64,000 nucleotides of DNA from Amphiscolops sp. MND2022 (Eukaryota). Made by a program: the position numbers and the translations under genes. The stretch is taken from contig OZ076409.1 of the NCBI GenBank assembly GCA_964187785.1, positions 72,852,001 through 72,916,000 of the forward strand, read 5' to 3'. Each line of letters begins with the position of its first letter. Position 1 is the stretch's first letter. The notes under the pieces are model-generated. The model was not told the origin of the DNA. It ran no database searches and saw only the letters and a list, made by a program, of their open reading frames with translations. Below are positions 11,501-26,500 of this stretch, in pieces.

Positions 11501-14500
11501 GGGCATGCCGAGGCATGCCCTTCGACGACGTATGCCAAATGCCCAGTGCCACGCAGTCTTTCCCCGCTAGGTGCCGGGATTTCTATTCGATAAAGTATTT
11601 TGCGCGGTTGGGTAGGGCCCCGTGAGCGCGCCAGGGGATTGTGTTAGAACAACCGGAAATTCGGCATACGATTTTGGCGATTTTCTAAACTATCCATACG
11701 ATTTGGCTCAAATTTGGCATACGGGTTCCTGAGACAGATATAAGAACTAATTCCTACTGGCGTTTTGCCCGGAAAATTTTTTTTGTTGCCCAAAATTGAA
11801 ATTATCGGCAAAAAAATGCGATTTTTTTTGAAAATTTTTTTTGAGAGGCCATATCTTTTTTCACGGAGCCCGGAGCGGGACGCGTTAAACTGATTATAAA
11901 CTCTACGGTTCATGGGCTTTACGGAGAACCTAGGCTCGTTCCAATCGGACTTGTAGTCTTGGAGATATTACGGTATTTTTTGAGAATTTTTGAAAATTTT
12001 TTTAACGGTCCAGCTTATCTTTGCCATTTTTTCGAAAATGTACTCGCCTAAAGGCCTCCCCCTGGCCGAATTTACTCCCAGCAAAACCATTTGGCCCTAA
12101 ATACGGAGTTTCAGCGTTCCAGCATTCCCGGGCGAAAAGTTGTGGGACTTAGAAAATTTTTTTGGAAACGCAAAATGTGTAAAGTCAACTTCTGGCCTCC
12201 CAAAGTCAAGGAACTTCCACACAACTAGTATTGCAAGTGAATGCATGTGGAGAGTACTCGAATAGACGAGGAAAATGAGCTATAGAACGTCTCTGTAGCT
12301 TAACTTGACGTTGACTTATGACCTTTTGAGTGTTAGCTTGCTATGCGAGAAAAAATTCAAAACATGAAAATGGAAGCAAAGTATCGTCGAAAACCCATCA
12401 TAAGATGTTCAACTCATCCTAGAGCGGTTTATTAACAGTTGTTTAGTAGAGCAACACCATTCATGATCATGTGACCCATTTTTATGGGTTATGAGATTGT
12501 CTTATTCATCCGATAGCCCAAAGCAGTTGAGTACATTCCATCTCACATCCGTGTGAGATGAGAATGTACTCGCTAAAGTCCAGGTACTACAGCCCATTTT
12601 GGTTTTATGCGACGCTCTGTATGCAAATGAGCTTACTTGAAGTTTTTTTAGCTGATATTTTTTTAAACTGCACTTTGACTCTGACCTGACATACTGAATA
12701 TTTAGTCCTTATAACATACACATAATTGACGTCAACGCCCCATCCTTGCATCAACGCCCACCGTCCGTGGGCATGCCGAGGCATGCCCTTCGACGACGCG
12801 CACCAAAATATTCCCCGAGCGCGTTAGCCTAGGTGCCGGGATTTCTATTCGTTCGAGTATGTGGCGCGTGTGGGTAGGGCCCCTGGCGCGCTCTTGTGTT
12901 TGGGGGTTTCCTACTTCTAAATCACGTTCAGATTTCCGGGATCTCGTAAACTATCCATACGATTTGGCTGAAATTTGGCACACGTACCCCCCTCGGCACG
13001 GTGAAGATGATTTCCTACTGACGTTTTTCCCGCTAAACATTTTTTGTTGACCAAAATAACGGTTTTTGGTGGAAAATTTTTGATTTTTTTTAAATTTTAT
13101 CTTATATCTCGCCACGGGTCCACGCTAGCGCTTCCAAACCTTGCTGACGAAACCTCGCAAACTGTCTCAGGAATGCTGTGTGAAATTTTCAGCTCAATCG
13201 GACTTAAACTCGGGGAGATATAGCGTTTTTCCGGAGCGGGGGGGTTTCATTTTTCTAACGGTCCAGCTTATCTTTGCCATTTTTTCGAAAATGCACTCGC
13301 CTAAAGGCCTCCCCTGGCCGGTTTTACTCCCAAAAAAACCATTTGGCCCTAAATACGGAGTTTCAGCGTTCTAGCATTCCGGGGCGAAAAGTTGTGGTAC
13401 TTAGTAAATTTCAAAAATTTTCAAAAATTTTTTTTTCGTTATTTGGGCCCCCAAAGTGGGGGAAAAGACCCCCCAACCAGTAATTTGAGTGAATTCATGT
13501 GGAAAGGCCATGTTTAGCGGCGAAAAATGCTTTTTAGATCGTCTTTTTATTTTAACCTGTTGTTGACTTATGTTGTTTTGAAGGTGATGTTTGGATGTGT
13601 GAAGCATGTGAAAAGGTAATTTTTTGTGTCTTTATCTCTTCTAAAAGCCATTGAGATGCAATCTGTTTTGCTCAAAACGTAATTCAATGCAATTTGGCAG
13701 TCAATGAACACAATTTGGTGTCTTTTGTTATATTTTTCTGTTGATATAATAAAAAATTTTGTGTCTTTATTAATTTTTTTTAAATAAAATAACTTGAAAC
13801 AGTTGAGTACATTCCATCCCCCCCTTCCGGGGGAGATGGAAATGTACTCGCTAAAAGCCGCGAACAAGAGCCCATACCTTCCTGCGCTACGCAGTATAAA
13901 GATTGCATGTTGGTTCCGACTTTTTGGTAGTGTTATATCTTGGTAATTTGACTGAATATGGAGAAAAATCAGCAAGTGCTCTTTTATAGCAAATTGCTGA
14001 CAACGACAATTTTTTTTTATATCAACGCCCCCATATTTATCAACGCCCCCCGTCCGTGGGCATGCCGAGGCATGCCCTTCGACGACGTATACCAAGATAT
14101 ACTCCCGAGCGCGGTAGCCGCTAGGTGCCGGTGTCTTTTTACACAATGGGGGAAGTTGCGCGGTTGGGGAGGGTCCCTGACGCGCTTCCGTGAGATCAGG
14201 TTTTTCAACTAGTGAAATCGACAAAGAAAATTGAGATCTCGTAAACTAGCCATACGATTTGGCTGAAATTTGGCACACGTACCCCCCTCGGCACGGTGAA
14301 GATGATTCCCTACTGACGTTTTTCCCGCTAAACATTTTTTGTTGACCAAAATAACGGTTTTTGGGGTAAAATTTTCAACTTTTTTTAAATTTCATCTTAT
14401 ATCTCGCCACGGGTTTACGCTAGCGCTTCGAAACCTTGCTGACGAAAGCTTGCAAACTGTCTCAGGAATGCTGTGTGAAATTTTCAGCTCAATCGGACTT

Positions 14501-17500
14501 AAACTCGAGGAAATATAGCGTTTTTCCGGAGCGGGGGGGTTTCATTTTTCTAACGGTCCAGCTTATCTTTGCCATTTTTTCGAAAATGCACTCGCCTAAA
14601 GGCCTCCCCTGGCCGGTTTTATTCCCAGCAAAACCATTTGGCCCTAAATACGGAGTTTCAGCGTTCCAGCATTCCCGGGCGAAAAGTTGTGGGACTTAGA
14701 AAAGTTCAAAAATTTTCAAAATTTTTTTTTCCGTTATTTGGGCCCCCAAAGTGGGGGAAAAGACCCCCCAACCAGTAAATCAAGTGAATGCATGTGGAAA
14801 GGCCATGTTTAGAGGAGAAAAATGCCGTTTAGAACGTCTTTTTATCTTGGCTCAACGTTGACTTATGACGTTTTGAAGGTGATGTTTGGAGGTGTAAAGC
14901 AAGTGAATAGTAAACGTTATGAGTATTTATCTGATCTGAAAGCCATTGAGATGCAATATGATTGCTCAAAACGTAATTCATTGCAGTTTGGCAATCAATC
15001 AACACCCTTTGTTGTCGTTTGACATACTTTTTTGTTGTTAAAATAAAAAATTTTGTGTATTTATTCATTTTTTTCTCATCAAATAACTTGGAACAGTTGA
15101 GTACATTCCATCCCCCCCCTTCCAGGGGGAGATGAGAATGTACTCGCAAAAAGCACCGAACTACGGCCCTTACCTTCCCGAACTACGCAGTATAAGGATT
15201 ACATATTGGTTCCGACATTTTCATAGAGTTATATCTTGGTAATCTGTCTGGATATGCCGAAAAATCAGCACGTGCCTTTTAATACCAAGTTGCTCACAAC
15301 GACAATTATTTTATATCAATGCCCCCATATTTATCAACGCCCCCCGTCCGTGGGCATGCCGAGGCATGCCCTTCGACGACCCGCACCAAAATATGCGTTA
15401 GCGCGGTAGCCGCTAGGTGCCGGGATTTCTATTCGATAAAGTATGTGGCGCGCCTTGGGTAGGGTCCCTTGCGCGCTCTTGGGTATGGTGTTCACCAGCT
15501 AGGAAACAGGGGTCGATTTTTCGGGATCTCCTAAACTAGCCACACGATTTGGCTGAAATTTGGCACACGTACTCCCCTCGGCACGGTGAAGATGATTTCC
15601 TACTGACGTTTTTCCCGCAAAATTTTTTTTGTTGTCCAAAATAACGGTTTTTGGGGTAAAATTTTGAACTTTTTTTAAATTTTATCTTATATCTCGCCAC
15701 CGGTTTACGCTAGCGCTTCAACACCCTGCTAAAGAAAGCTTGCAAACTGTCTCAGGAATGCGGTGTGAAATTTTCAGCTCAATCGGACTTAAACTTGGGG
15801 AGATATAGCGTTTTTCCGGAGCGGGGGGGTTTCATTTTTCTAACGGTCCAGCTTATCTTAGCCATTTTTTCGAAAATGTACTCGCCTAAAGACCTCCCCT
15901 GGCCGGTTTTATTCCCAGCAAAACCATTTGGCCCTAAATACGGAGTTTCAGCGTTCCAGCATTCCCGGGCGAAAAGTTGTGGGACTTAGAAAAATTCAAA
16001 AATTTTCAAAAATTTTTTTTTCCGTTTTCCGCCCTCCCCCCTAGGGGAAAAGACCCCCCAACCAGTAATTTGAGTGAATTCATGTGGAAAGGCCATGTTT
16101 AGAGGAGAAAAATCCCGTTTAAATCGTCTTTTTATCTTTATTCAACGTTGACTTATGACGTTTTGAAGGTGATGTTTGGAGGTGTGAAGCACGTGAAAAG
16201 TAAACGTTATGAGTATTTATCTGATCTGAAAGCCATTGAGATGCAACCTGTTTTGCTCAAAACGTAATTCATATCAGTTTGGTAGTCAATCAACACCCTT
16301 TGTTGTCATTTGACATCTTTTTTTGTTGATATAAGAAAAAATTTCGTGTATTTATTCATTTTTTTCTCATCAAATAACTTGAAACAGTTGAGTACATTCC
16401 ATCCCCCCTTCACGGGGGAGATGAGAATGTACTCGCAGAAAGCCCCGAACTACGGCCCTTACCTCCCTGAGCTACGCAGTATAAAGATTGCATATTGGTT
16501 CCGACATTTTGATAGAGTTATATCTTGGTAATCTGTCTGGGTATGCAGAAAAACCAGCACGTGCTTTTTTATACCAAGTTGCTCACAACGACATTTATTT
16601 TATATCAACGCCCCCATATTTATCAACGCCCCCCGTCCGTGGGCATGCCGAGGCATGCCCTTCGACGACGTATACCAAGATATGTTCGAGCGCGTTAGCC
16701 TAGGTGCCGGTGTATTTTTACACAATGGGGGATGTTGCGCGTGTGGGGAGGGTCCCTGACGCGCTTCCGTGGTTTCGGGTCTTCTAACCTATGATAGCGT
16801 GACACCTGACTTCGATCTCGTAAACTAGCCGTACGATTTGGCTGAAATTTGGCACACGTACCCCCCTCGGCACGGTGAAGATGATTTCCTACTGACGTTT
16901 TTCCCGCTAAACATTTTTTGTTGACCAAAATAACGGTTTTTGGGGTAAAATTTTCAACTTTTTTTAAGATTCGTCTTATATCTCGCCACGGGTACACGCT
17001 AGCGCTTCCAAACCTTGCTGACGAAACCTTGCAAACTGTCTCAGGAATGCGGTGTGAAATTTTCAGCTCAATCGGACTTAAACTCGGGGAGATATAGCGT
17101 TTTTCCGGAGCGGGGGGGTTTCATTTTTCTAACGGTCCAGCTTATCTTTGCCATTTTTTCGAAAATGCACTCGCCTAAAGGCCTCCCCTGGCCGGTTTTA
17201 TTCCCAACAAAACCATTTGGCCCTAAATACGGAGTTTCAGCGTTCCAGCATTCCCGGGCGAAAAGTTGTGGGACTTAGAAAAGTTCAAAAATTTTCAAAA
17301 AAATTTTTTTCCGTTATTTGGGCCCTCAAAGTGGGGGAAAAGACCCCCCAACCAGTAAAGCAAGTGAATGCATGTGGAAAGCCCTTGTTTAGACGAGAAA
17401 AATGCCGTTTAGAACGTCTTTTTATCTTAACTTGACATTGACTTTTGTCGTTTTGAAGGTGACCGTTAGATACGGAAAATTGATGTTTTGAGTATTTATC

Positions 17501-20500
17501 CCATCTGAAAGCCATTGAGATACAACATGTTTTGCTCAAAACGTGTTTCATTGCAGTTTCGCTGTCCATTATCACCATTTGGTGTCTTTTCACGTAATTT
17601 TCGTTTCTATAATAACAATTTTTTTGTGTATTTATTCATTTTTTTCTCATCAAATAACTTGAAACAGTTGAGTACATTCCATCTCCCTTCCCGGGGGAGA
17701 TGAGAATGTACTCGCTAAAGGTCAGGAACTACGGTCTATATCTTCCACAACACAAAAGGGATTGCAAATGGTTTCCGTTTGTCGCAGAAAACTTCTTTTT
17801 GCCCTCTGTGACTCGACAAAATGAACGTTTCTTACTTACTTTGAAACTCAGCATACCACAACTCATCTCTAACGTCAGCGCCCCCCTACTTGCATCAACG
17901 CCCACCGTCCGTGGGCATGCCGAGGCATGCCCTTCGACGACGTATGCCCAAGATATACCCCGAGCGCGGTAGCTGCTAGGTGCCGGGATTTCTATTCGTT
18001 CGAGTATGTGGCGCGTGTGGGTAGGGCCCCTGGCGCGCTCTTGTGTTTGGGGGTTTCCTACTTCTAAATCACGTTCAGATTTCCGGGATCTCGTAAACTA
18101 TCCATACGATTTGGCTGAAATTTGGCACACGTACCCCCCTCGGCACGGTGAAGATGATTTCCTACTGACGTTTTTCCCGCTAAACATTTTTTGTTGACCA
18201 AAATAACGGTTTTTGGTGGAAAATTTTTGATTTTTTTTAAATTTTATCTTATATCTCGCCACGGGTCCACGCTAGCGCTTCCAAACCTTGCTGACGAAAC
18301 CTCGCAAACTGTCTCAGGAATGCTGTGTGAAATTTTCAGCTCAATCGGACTTAAACTCGGGGAGATATAGCGTTTTTCCGGAGCGGGGGGGTTTCATTTT
18401 TCTAACGGTCCAGCTTATCTTTGCCATTTTTTCGAAAATGCACTCGCCTAAAGGCCTCCCCTGGCCGGTTTTACTCCCAAAAAAACCATTTGGCCCTAAA
18501 TACGGAGTTTCAGCGTTCTAGCATTCCGGGGCGAAAAGTTGTGGTACTTAGTAAATTTCAAAAATTTTCAAAAATTTTTTTTTCGTTATTTGGGCCCCCA
18601 AAGTGGGGGAAAAGACCCCCCAACCAGTAATTTGAGTGAATTCATGTGGAAAGGCCATGTTTAGCGGCGAAAAATGCTTTTTAGATCGTCTTTTTATTTT
18701 AACCTGTTGTTGACTTATGTTGTTTTGAAGGTGATGTTTGGATGTGTGAAGCATGTGAAAAGGTAATTTTTTGTGTCTTTATCTCTTCTAAAAGCCATTG
18801 AGATGCAATCTGTTTTGCTCAAAACGTAATTCAATGCAATTTGGCAGTCAATGAACACAATTTGGTGTCTTTTGTTATATTTTTCTGTTGATATAATAAA
18901 AAATTTTGTGTCTTTATTAATTTTTTTTAAATAAAATAACTTGAAACAGTTGAGTACATTCCATCCCCCCCTTCCGGGGGAGATGGAAATGTACTCGCTA
19001 AAAGCCGCGAACAAGAGCCCATACCTTCCTGCGCTACGCAGTATAAAGATTGCATGTTGGTTCCGACTTTTTGGTAGTGTTATATCTTGGTAATTTGACT
19101 GAATATGGAGAAAAATCAGCAAGTGCTCTTTTATAGCAAATTGCTGACAACGACAATTTTTTTATATCAACGCCCCCATATTTATCAACGCCCCCCGTCC
19201 GTGGGCATGCCGAGGCATGCCCTTCGACGACGTATACCAAAATATGCGTTAGCGCGGTAGCCGCTAGGTGCCGGTGTATTTTTACACAATGGGGGATGTT
19301 GCGCGTGTGGGGAGGGTCCCTGACGCGCTTCCGTGGTTTCGGGTCTTCTAACCTATGATAGCGTGACACCTGACTTCGATCTCGTAAACTAGCCGTACGA
19401 TTTGGCTGAAATTTGGCACACGTACCCCCCTCGGCACGGTGAAGATGATTTCCTACTGACGTTTTTCCCGCTAAACATTTTTTGTTGACCAAAATAACGG
19501 TTTTTGGGGTAAAATTTTCAACTTTTTTTAAATTTCATCTTATATCTCGCCACCGGTTTACGCTAGCGCTTCAAAACCTTGCTGACGAAAGCTTGCAAAC
19601 TGTCTCAGGAATGCTGTGTGAAATTTTCAGCTCAATCGGACTTAAACTCGGGGAGATATAGCGTTTTTCCGGAGCGGGGGGGTTTCATTTTTCTAACGGT
19701 CCAGCTTATCTTTGCCATTTTTTCGAAAATGCACTCGCCTAAAGGCCTCCCCTGGCCGGTTTTATTCCCAGCAAAACCATTTGGCCCTAAATACGGAGTT
19801 TCAGCGTTCCAGCATTCCCGGGCGAAAAGTTGTGGGACTTAGAAAAGTTCAAAAATTTTCAAAAAAAAATTTTTCCGTTATTTGGGCCCTCAAAGTGGGG
19901 GAAAAGACCCCCCAACCAGTAAAGCAAGTGAATGCATGTGGAAAGCCCTTGTTTAGACGAGAAAAATGCCGTTTAGAACGTCTTTTTATCTTAACTTGAC
20001 ATTGACTTTTGTCGTTTTGAAGGTGACCGTTAGATACGGAAAATTGATGTTTTGAGTATTTATCCCATCTGAAAGCCATTGAGATACAACATGTTTTGCT
20101 CAAAACGTGTTTCATTGCAGTTTCGCTGTCCATTATCACCCTTTGGTGTCTTTTCACGTAATTTTCGTTTCTATAATAACAATTTTTTTGTGTATTTATT
20201 CATTTTTTTCTCATCAAATAACTTGAAACAGTTGAGTACATTCCATCTCCCTTCCCGGGGGAGATGAGAATGTACTCGCTAAAGGTCAGGAACTACGGTC
20301 TATATCTTCCACAACACAAAAGGGATTGCAAATGGTTTCAGTTTGTTGCAGAAAACTTCTTTTTGCCCTCTGTGACTCGACAAAATGAACGTTTCTTACT
20401 TACTTTGAAACTCAGCATACCACAACTCATCTCTAACGTCAGCGCCCCCCTACTTGCATCAACGCCCACCGTCCGTGGGCATGCCGAGGCATGCCCTTCG

Positions 20501-23500
20501 ACGACGTATACCAAGATATACCTGGAGCGCGGTAGCCGCTAGGTGGCCGTGTCTTTTCGACGTGCTTTTGCATCGAGGAGTGGGTAGGGCCCCGCGACGA
20601 CCTAGAAGAATTGGATGCTCACCGAAACGTGCAGAATTCTACGAGATCTCATAGTTTGAGCCATACGATTTTTCTGAAATTTGGCATGTGGCCTGGAATT
20701 GGTGAGTAGGTAAAACGTGTAGGAGGTGATTTTTCCCAAATTCCACTGTGAGACGAGATATGGGCAAATAACGGTCCCAAAAATGGCAAAAATGCACTTT
20801 TTTCAAGTTTGTCAGCCCATATCTCGTCCCCAGGTGCCCGGAGCGGGACGCGTTAAGCTGATTATAAACTCTAGGGTGTTGAGGCTGTACGGTGAACTTG
20901 GGCCCGTTCCGATCCGACTTGTAGTCTTGGAGAAATAACGGTAATTTTGGGGAACCTTTTCTAACGGTCCAGCTTATCTTTGCCATTTTTTCGAAAATGT
21001 ACTCGCCTAAAGGCCTCCCCCTGGCCGAATTTACTCCCAGCAAAACCATTTGGCCCTAAATACGGAGTTTCAGCGTTCCAGCATTCCCGGGCGAAAAGTT
21101 GTGGGACTTGGAAAATTTTCAAAAATTTTCAAAAAATTTTTTTTTCGTTTTCCGGGCCCCCAATGAAGGGGAAACGACCCCCCAACCAGTATTTTGAGTG
21201 AATTCATGTGGAAAGCCCTTGTTTTGACGAGAAAAATACCGTTTAGAACATCTTTTTATCTTGACTCAACGTTGACTTATGACGTTTTGAATGTGATGTA
21301 AGGATGTAGGAGGCATGTGATAAGTTGATGTTTTGAGTCTTTATCTCATATGAAAGCGGTTGAGATGCAAGCTGTCCTGCTCAAAACGTCTTTCGTTGTA
21401 ATTTTCCAGTGCACCAATACCCTTTGGTGTCATATAAACATACTTTTTGTCGATATATTAACAATTTTAATGTATTTATTCCAATTTTTATTATCTTATA
21501 ACTCAAAACAGTTGAGTACATTTCATCTCCCTTTCGGGGGAGATGAGAATGTACTCGCTAAAGACCTAGCGCCATGACCAAAAGTTTGAAACCCACGTTT
21601 TTTATCTTCTTACAGACTTGTTTTTGTATTTTTTCGGAATTTTTTAAAAATTAATATACTTGAAATACATTACTTGACTTTACTACTACAACCCACCTCC
21701 AACGACAACGCCCCCCTGCTTGCATCAACGCCCACCGTCCGTGGGCATGCCGAGGCATGCCCTTCGACGACGTATGCCAAATGCCCAGTGCCACGCAGTC
21801 ATTATCGCTAGGTGGCCGTGTCTTTTCGACGTGCTTTTGCATTGAGGAGTGGGTAGGGCCCCGCGACGACCTAGAAGAATTGGATGCTCACCGAAACGTG
21901 CAGAATTCTACGAGATCTCATAGTTTGAGCCATACGATTTTGCTGAAATTTGGCATGTGGCCTGGAATTGGTGAGTAGGTAAAACGTGTAGGAGGTGATT
22001 TTTCCCAAATTCCACTGTGAGACGAGATATGGGCAAATAACGGTCCCAAAAATGGCAAAAATGCACTTTTTTCAACTTTGTCAGCCCATATCTCGTTCCC
22101 AGGTGCCCGGAGCGGGACGCGTTAAGCTGATTATAAACTCTAGGGTGTTGAGGCTGTACGGGGAAGTCAGGCCCGTTCCGATCGGACCTGTAGTCTTGGA
22201 GAAATAACGGTATTTTTGGGGAACCTTTTCTAACGGTCCAGCTTATCTTTGCCATTTTTTTCGAAAATGTACTCGCCTAAAGGCCTCCCCCTGGCCGAAT
22301 TTACTCCCAGCAAAACCATTTGGCCCTAAATACGGAGTTTCAGCGTTCCAGCATTCCCGGGCGAAAAGTTGTGGGACTTGGAAAATTTTCAAAAATTTTC
22401 AAAAATTTTTTTTTTCGTTTTCCGGGCCCCCAATGAAGGGGAAACGACCCCCCAACCAGTATTTTGAGTGAATTCATGTGGAAAGCCCTTGTTTTGACGA
22501 GAAAAATACCGTTTAGAACATCTTTTTATCTTGACTCAACGTTGACTTATGACGTTTTGAATGTGATGTAAGGATGTAGGAGGCATGTGATAAGTTGATG
22601 TTTTGAGCCTTATCTCATATGAAAGCGGTTGAGATGCAAGCTGTCCTGCTCAAAACGTCTTTCGTTGTAATTTTCCAGTGCAACAATACCCTTTGGTGTC
22701 ATATAAACATACTTTTTGTCGATATATTAACAATTTTAATGTATTTATTCCAATTTTTATTATCTTATAACTCAAAACAGTTGAGTACATTTCATCTCCC
22801 TTTCGGGGGAGATGAGAATGTACTCGCTAAAGACCTAGCGCCATGACCAAAAGTTTGAAACCCACGTTTTTTATCTTCTTACAGACTTGTTTTTGTATTT
22901 TTTCGGAATTTTTTAAAAATTAATATACTTGAAATACATTACTTGACTTTACTACTACACCACCTCCAACGACAACGCCCCCCTGCTTGCATCAACGCCC
23001 ACCGTCCGTGGGCATGCCGAGGCATGCCCTTCGACGACGTATGCCAAATGCCCAGTGCCACGCAGTCATTATCGCTAGGTGCCGGGATTTCTATTCGTTC
23101 GAGTATGTGGCGCGTGTGGGTAGGGCCCCTGGCGCGCTCTTGTGTTTGGGGGTTTCCTACTTCTAAATCACGTTCAGATTTCCGGGATCTCGTAAACTAT
23201 CCATACGATTTGGCTGAAATTTGGCACACGTACCCCCCTCGGCACGGTGAAGATGATTTCCTACTGACGTTTTTCCCGCTAAACATTTTTTGTTGACCAA
23301 AATAACGGTTTTTGGTGGAAAATTTTTGATTTTTTTTAAATTTTATCTTATATCTCGCCACGGGTCCACGCTAGCGCTTCCAAACCTTGCTGACGAAACC
23401 TCGCAAACTGTCTCAGGAATGCTGCGTGAAATTTTCAGCTCAATCGGACTTAAACTCGGGGAGATATAGCGTTTTTCCGGAGCGGGGGGGTTTCATTTTT

Positions 23501-26500
23501 CTAACGGTCCAGCTTATCTTTGCCATTTTTTCGAAAATGCACTCGCCTAAAGGCCTCCCCTGGCCGGTTTTACTCCCAAAAAAACCATTTGGCCCTAAAT
23601 ACGGAGTTTCAGCGTTCTAGCATTCCGGGGCGAAAAGTTGTGGTACTTAGTAAATTTCAAAAATTTTCAAAAATTTTTTTTTCGTTATTTGGGCCCCCAA
23701 AGTGGGGGAAAAGACCCCCCAACCAGTAATTTGAGTGAATTCATGTGGAAAGGCCATGTTTAGCGGCGAAAAATGCTTTTTAGATCGTCTTTTTATTTTA
23801 ACCTGTTGTTGACTTATGTTGTTTTGAAGGTGATGTTTGGATGTGTGAAGCATGTGAAAAGGTAATTTTTTGTGTCTTTATCTCTTCTAAAAGCCATTGA
23901 GATGCAATCTGTTTTGCTCAAAACGTAATTCAATGCAATTTGGCAGTCAATGAACACAATTTGGTGTCTTTTGTTATATTTTTCTGTTGATATAATAAAA
24001 AATTTTGTGTCTTTATTAATTTTTTTTAAATAAAATAACTTGAAACAGTTGAGTACATTCCATCCCCCCCTTCCGGGGGAGATGGAAATGTACTCGCTAA
24101 AAGCCGCGAACAAGAGCCCATACCTTCCTGCGCTACGCAGTATAAAGATTGCATGTTGGTTCCGACTTTTTGGTAGTGTTATATCTTGGTAATTTGACTG
24201 AATATGGAGAAAAATCAGCAAGTGCTCTTTTATAGCAAATTGCTGACAACGACAATTTTTTTATATCAACGCCCCCATATTTATCAACGCCCCCCGTCCG
24301 TGGGCATGCCGAGGCATGCCCTTCGACGACGTATACCAAGATATACTCCCGAGCGCGGTAGCCGCTAGGTGCCGGTGTATTTTTACACAAAAGGGGATGT
24401 TGCGCGTGTGGGGAGGGTCCCTGACGCGCTTCCGTGGTTTCGGGTCTTCTAACCTATGATAGCGTGACACCTGACTTCGATCTCGTAAACTAGCCGTACG
24501 ATTTGGCTGAAATTTGGCACACGTACCCCCCTCGGCACGGTGAAGATGATTTCCTACTGACGTTTTTCCCGCTAAACATTTTTTGTTGACCAAAATAACG
24601 GTTTTTGGGGTAAAATTTTGATTTTTTTTTAAATTTCATCTTATATCTCGCCACGGGTTTACGCTAGCGCTTCCAAACCTTGCTGACGAAACCTTGCAAA
24701 CTGTCTCAGAAATGCGGTGTGAAATTTTCAGCTCAATCGGACTCAAACTCGGGGAGAAATAGCGTTTTTCCGGAGCGGGGGGGTTTCATTTTTCTAACGG
24801 TCCAGCTTATCTTTGCCATTTTTTCAAAAATGCACTCGCCTAAAGGCCTCCCCTGGCCGGTTTTATTCCCAACAAAACCATTTGGCCCTAAATACGGAGT
24901 TTCAGCGTTCCAGCATTCCCGGGCGAAAAGTTGTGGGACTTAGAAAAGTTCAAAAATTTTCAAAAAAATTTTTTTCCGTTATTTGGGCCCTCAAAGTGGG
25001 GGAAAAGACCCCCCAACCAGTAAAGCAAGTGAATGCATGTGGAAAGCCCTTGTTTAGACGAGAAAAATGCCGTTTAGAACGTCTTTTTATCTTAACTTGA
25101 CATTGACTTTTGTCGTTTTGAAGGTGACCGTTAGATACGGAAAATTGATGTTTTGAGTATTTATCCCATCTGAAAGCCATTGAGATACAACATGTTTTGC
25201 TCAAAACGTGTTTCATTGCAGTTTCGCTGTCCATTATCACCATTTGGTGTCTTTTCACGTAATTTTCGTTTCTATAATAACAATTTTTTTGTGTATTTAT
25301 TCATTTTTTTCTCATCAAATAACTTGAAACAGTTGAGTACATTCCATCTCCCTTCCCGGGGGAGATGAGAATGTACTCGCTAAAGGTCAGGAACTACGGT
25401 CTATATCTTCCACAACACAAAAGGGATTGCAAATGGTTTCAGTTTGTCGCAGAAAACTTCTTTTTGCCCTCTGTGACTCGACAAAATGAACGTTTCTTAC
25501 TTACTTTGAAACTCAGCATACCACAACTCATCTCTAACGTCAGCGCCCCCCTACTTGCATCAACGCCCACCGTCCGTGGGCATGCCGAGGCATGCCCTTC
25601 GACGACGTATACCAAGATATACCTGGAGCGCGGTAGCTGCTAGGTGGCCGGGAATTTTTTTTCCACTCAATTCTTTGCCACTTGGGGGAGGGGCCCCTGG
25701 TGGCTGTTATCCGGATTTACTACCTACCCTAAACACGCTCAAAAAATGACGATCTCGAAAACCACCCCTTAGATTTGCCTGAAACTTTGCATGCAGCCCT
25801 AGAATCAAATCCTAAGAACTATTTCCTACTGGCGTTTTTCCGAATTTTTTCAAAAAAATGGTCAAAAATGCAACAAAAGTTGCCAATGGACATAAAAAAC
25901 GCAACTTTTCGACTTTGAGGACCTATAACTTTTTCCAGAGTGCCCGGAGCGGTTCGCACGTGGACCACAATATTGCTCAGCATTGTCCGAGCAGTGCGTG
26001 GACAAATTTTGGTTCGAATCGGATGAAAATTGACTGAGATATAAACGCAAATTTTCGTGCATTTGTTGCAAATACCAGTCTATCTCTGCCACTTTCGCCC
26101 AAAATTTTTCCCAGAGCCTTTATAGGAGGCAACCCCTGCCCAAATTTCTGCCGAGCAAACCCATTTGGCCCTAAATACGGAGTTTCAGCGTTCCAGCATT
26201 CTCGGGCAAAAAGTTGTGGGACTTGAAAATTTTTCAAAAAAACGCAAAAATTGTAAAAAGTAACTTCTGGCCTCCCAAAGTCAAGAAACTTTCACACAAC
26301 TAGTATTGCAAGTGAATGCATGTGGAAAGTACTCAGACAGGCAAGAAAAATGAGCTAAAGAACAACACTGTAGCTTAATCTGACGTTGACTTATGACATT
26401 TTGAGTGTGAGCACCCTATAGGATTTCAATGTCAAAAATGAGATTTTGTAAGTCATGTCTCATCAAAAACTCGTCGGAATACGTTCAATCATCCCCATAG

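Noticed and set aside
26011..26022. Pol III B-box-like GGTTCGAATC (tRNA or SINE)
   Set aside because: Single occurrence; homologous positions read GGTTCAAATC or GGTTGAAATC; no cloverleaf or A-box.
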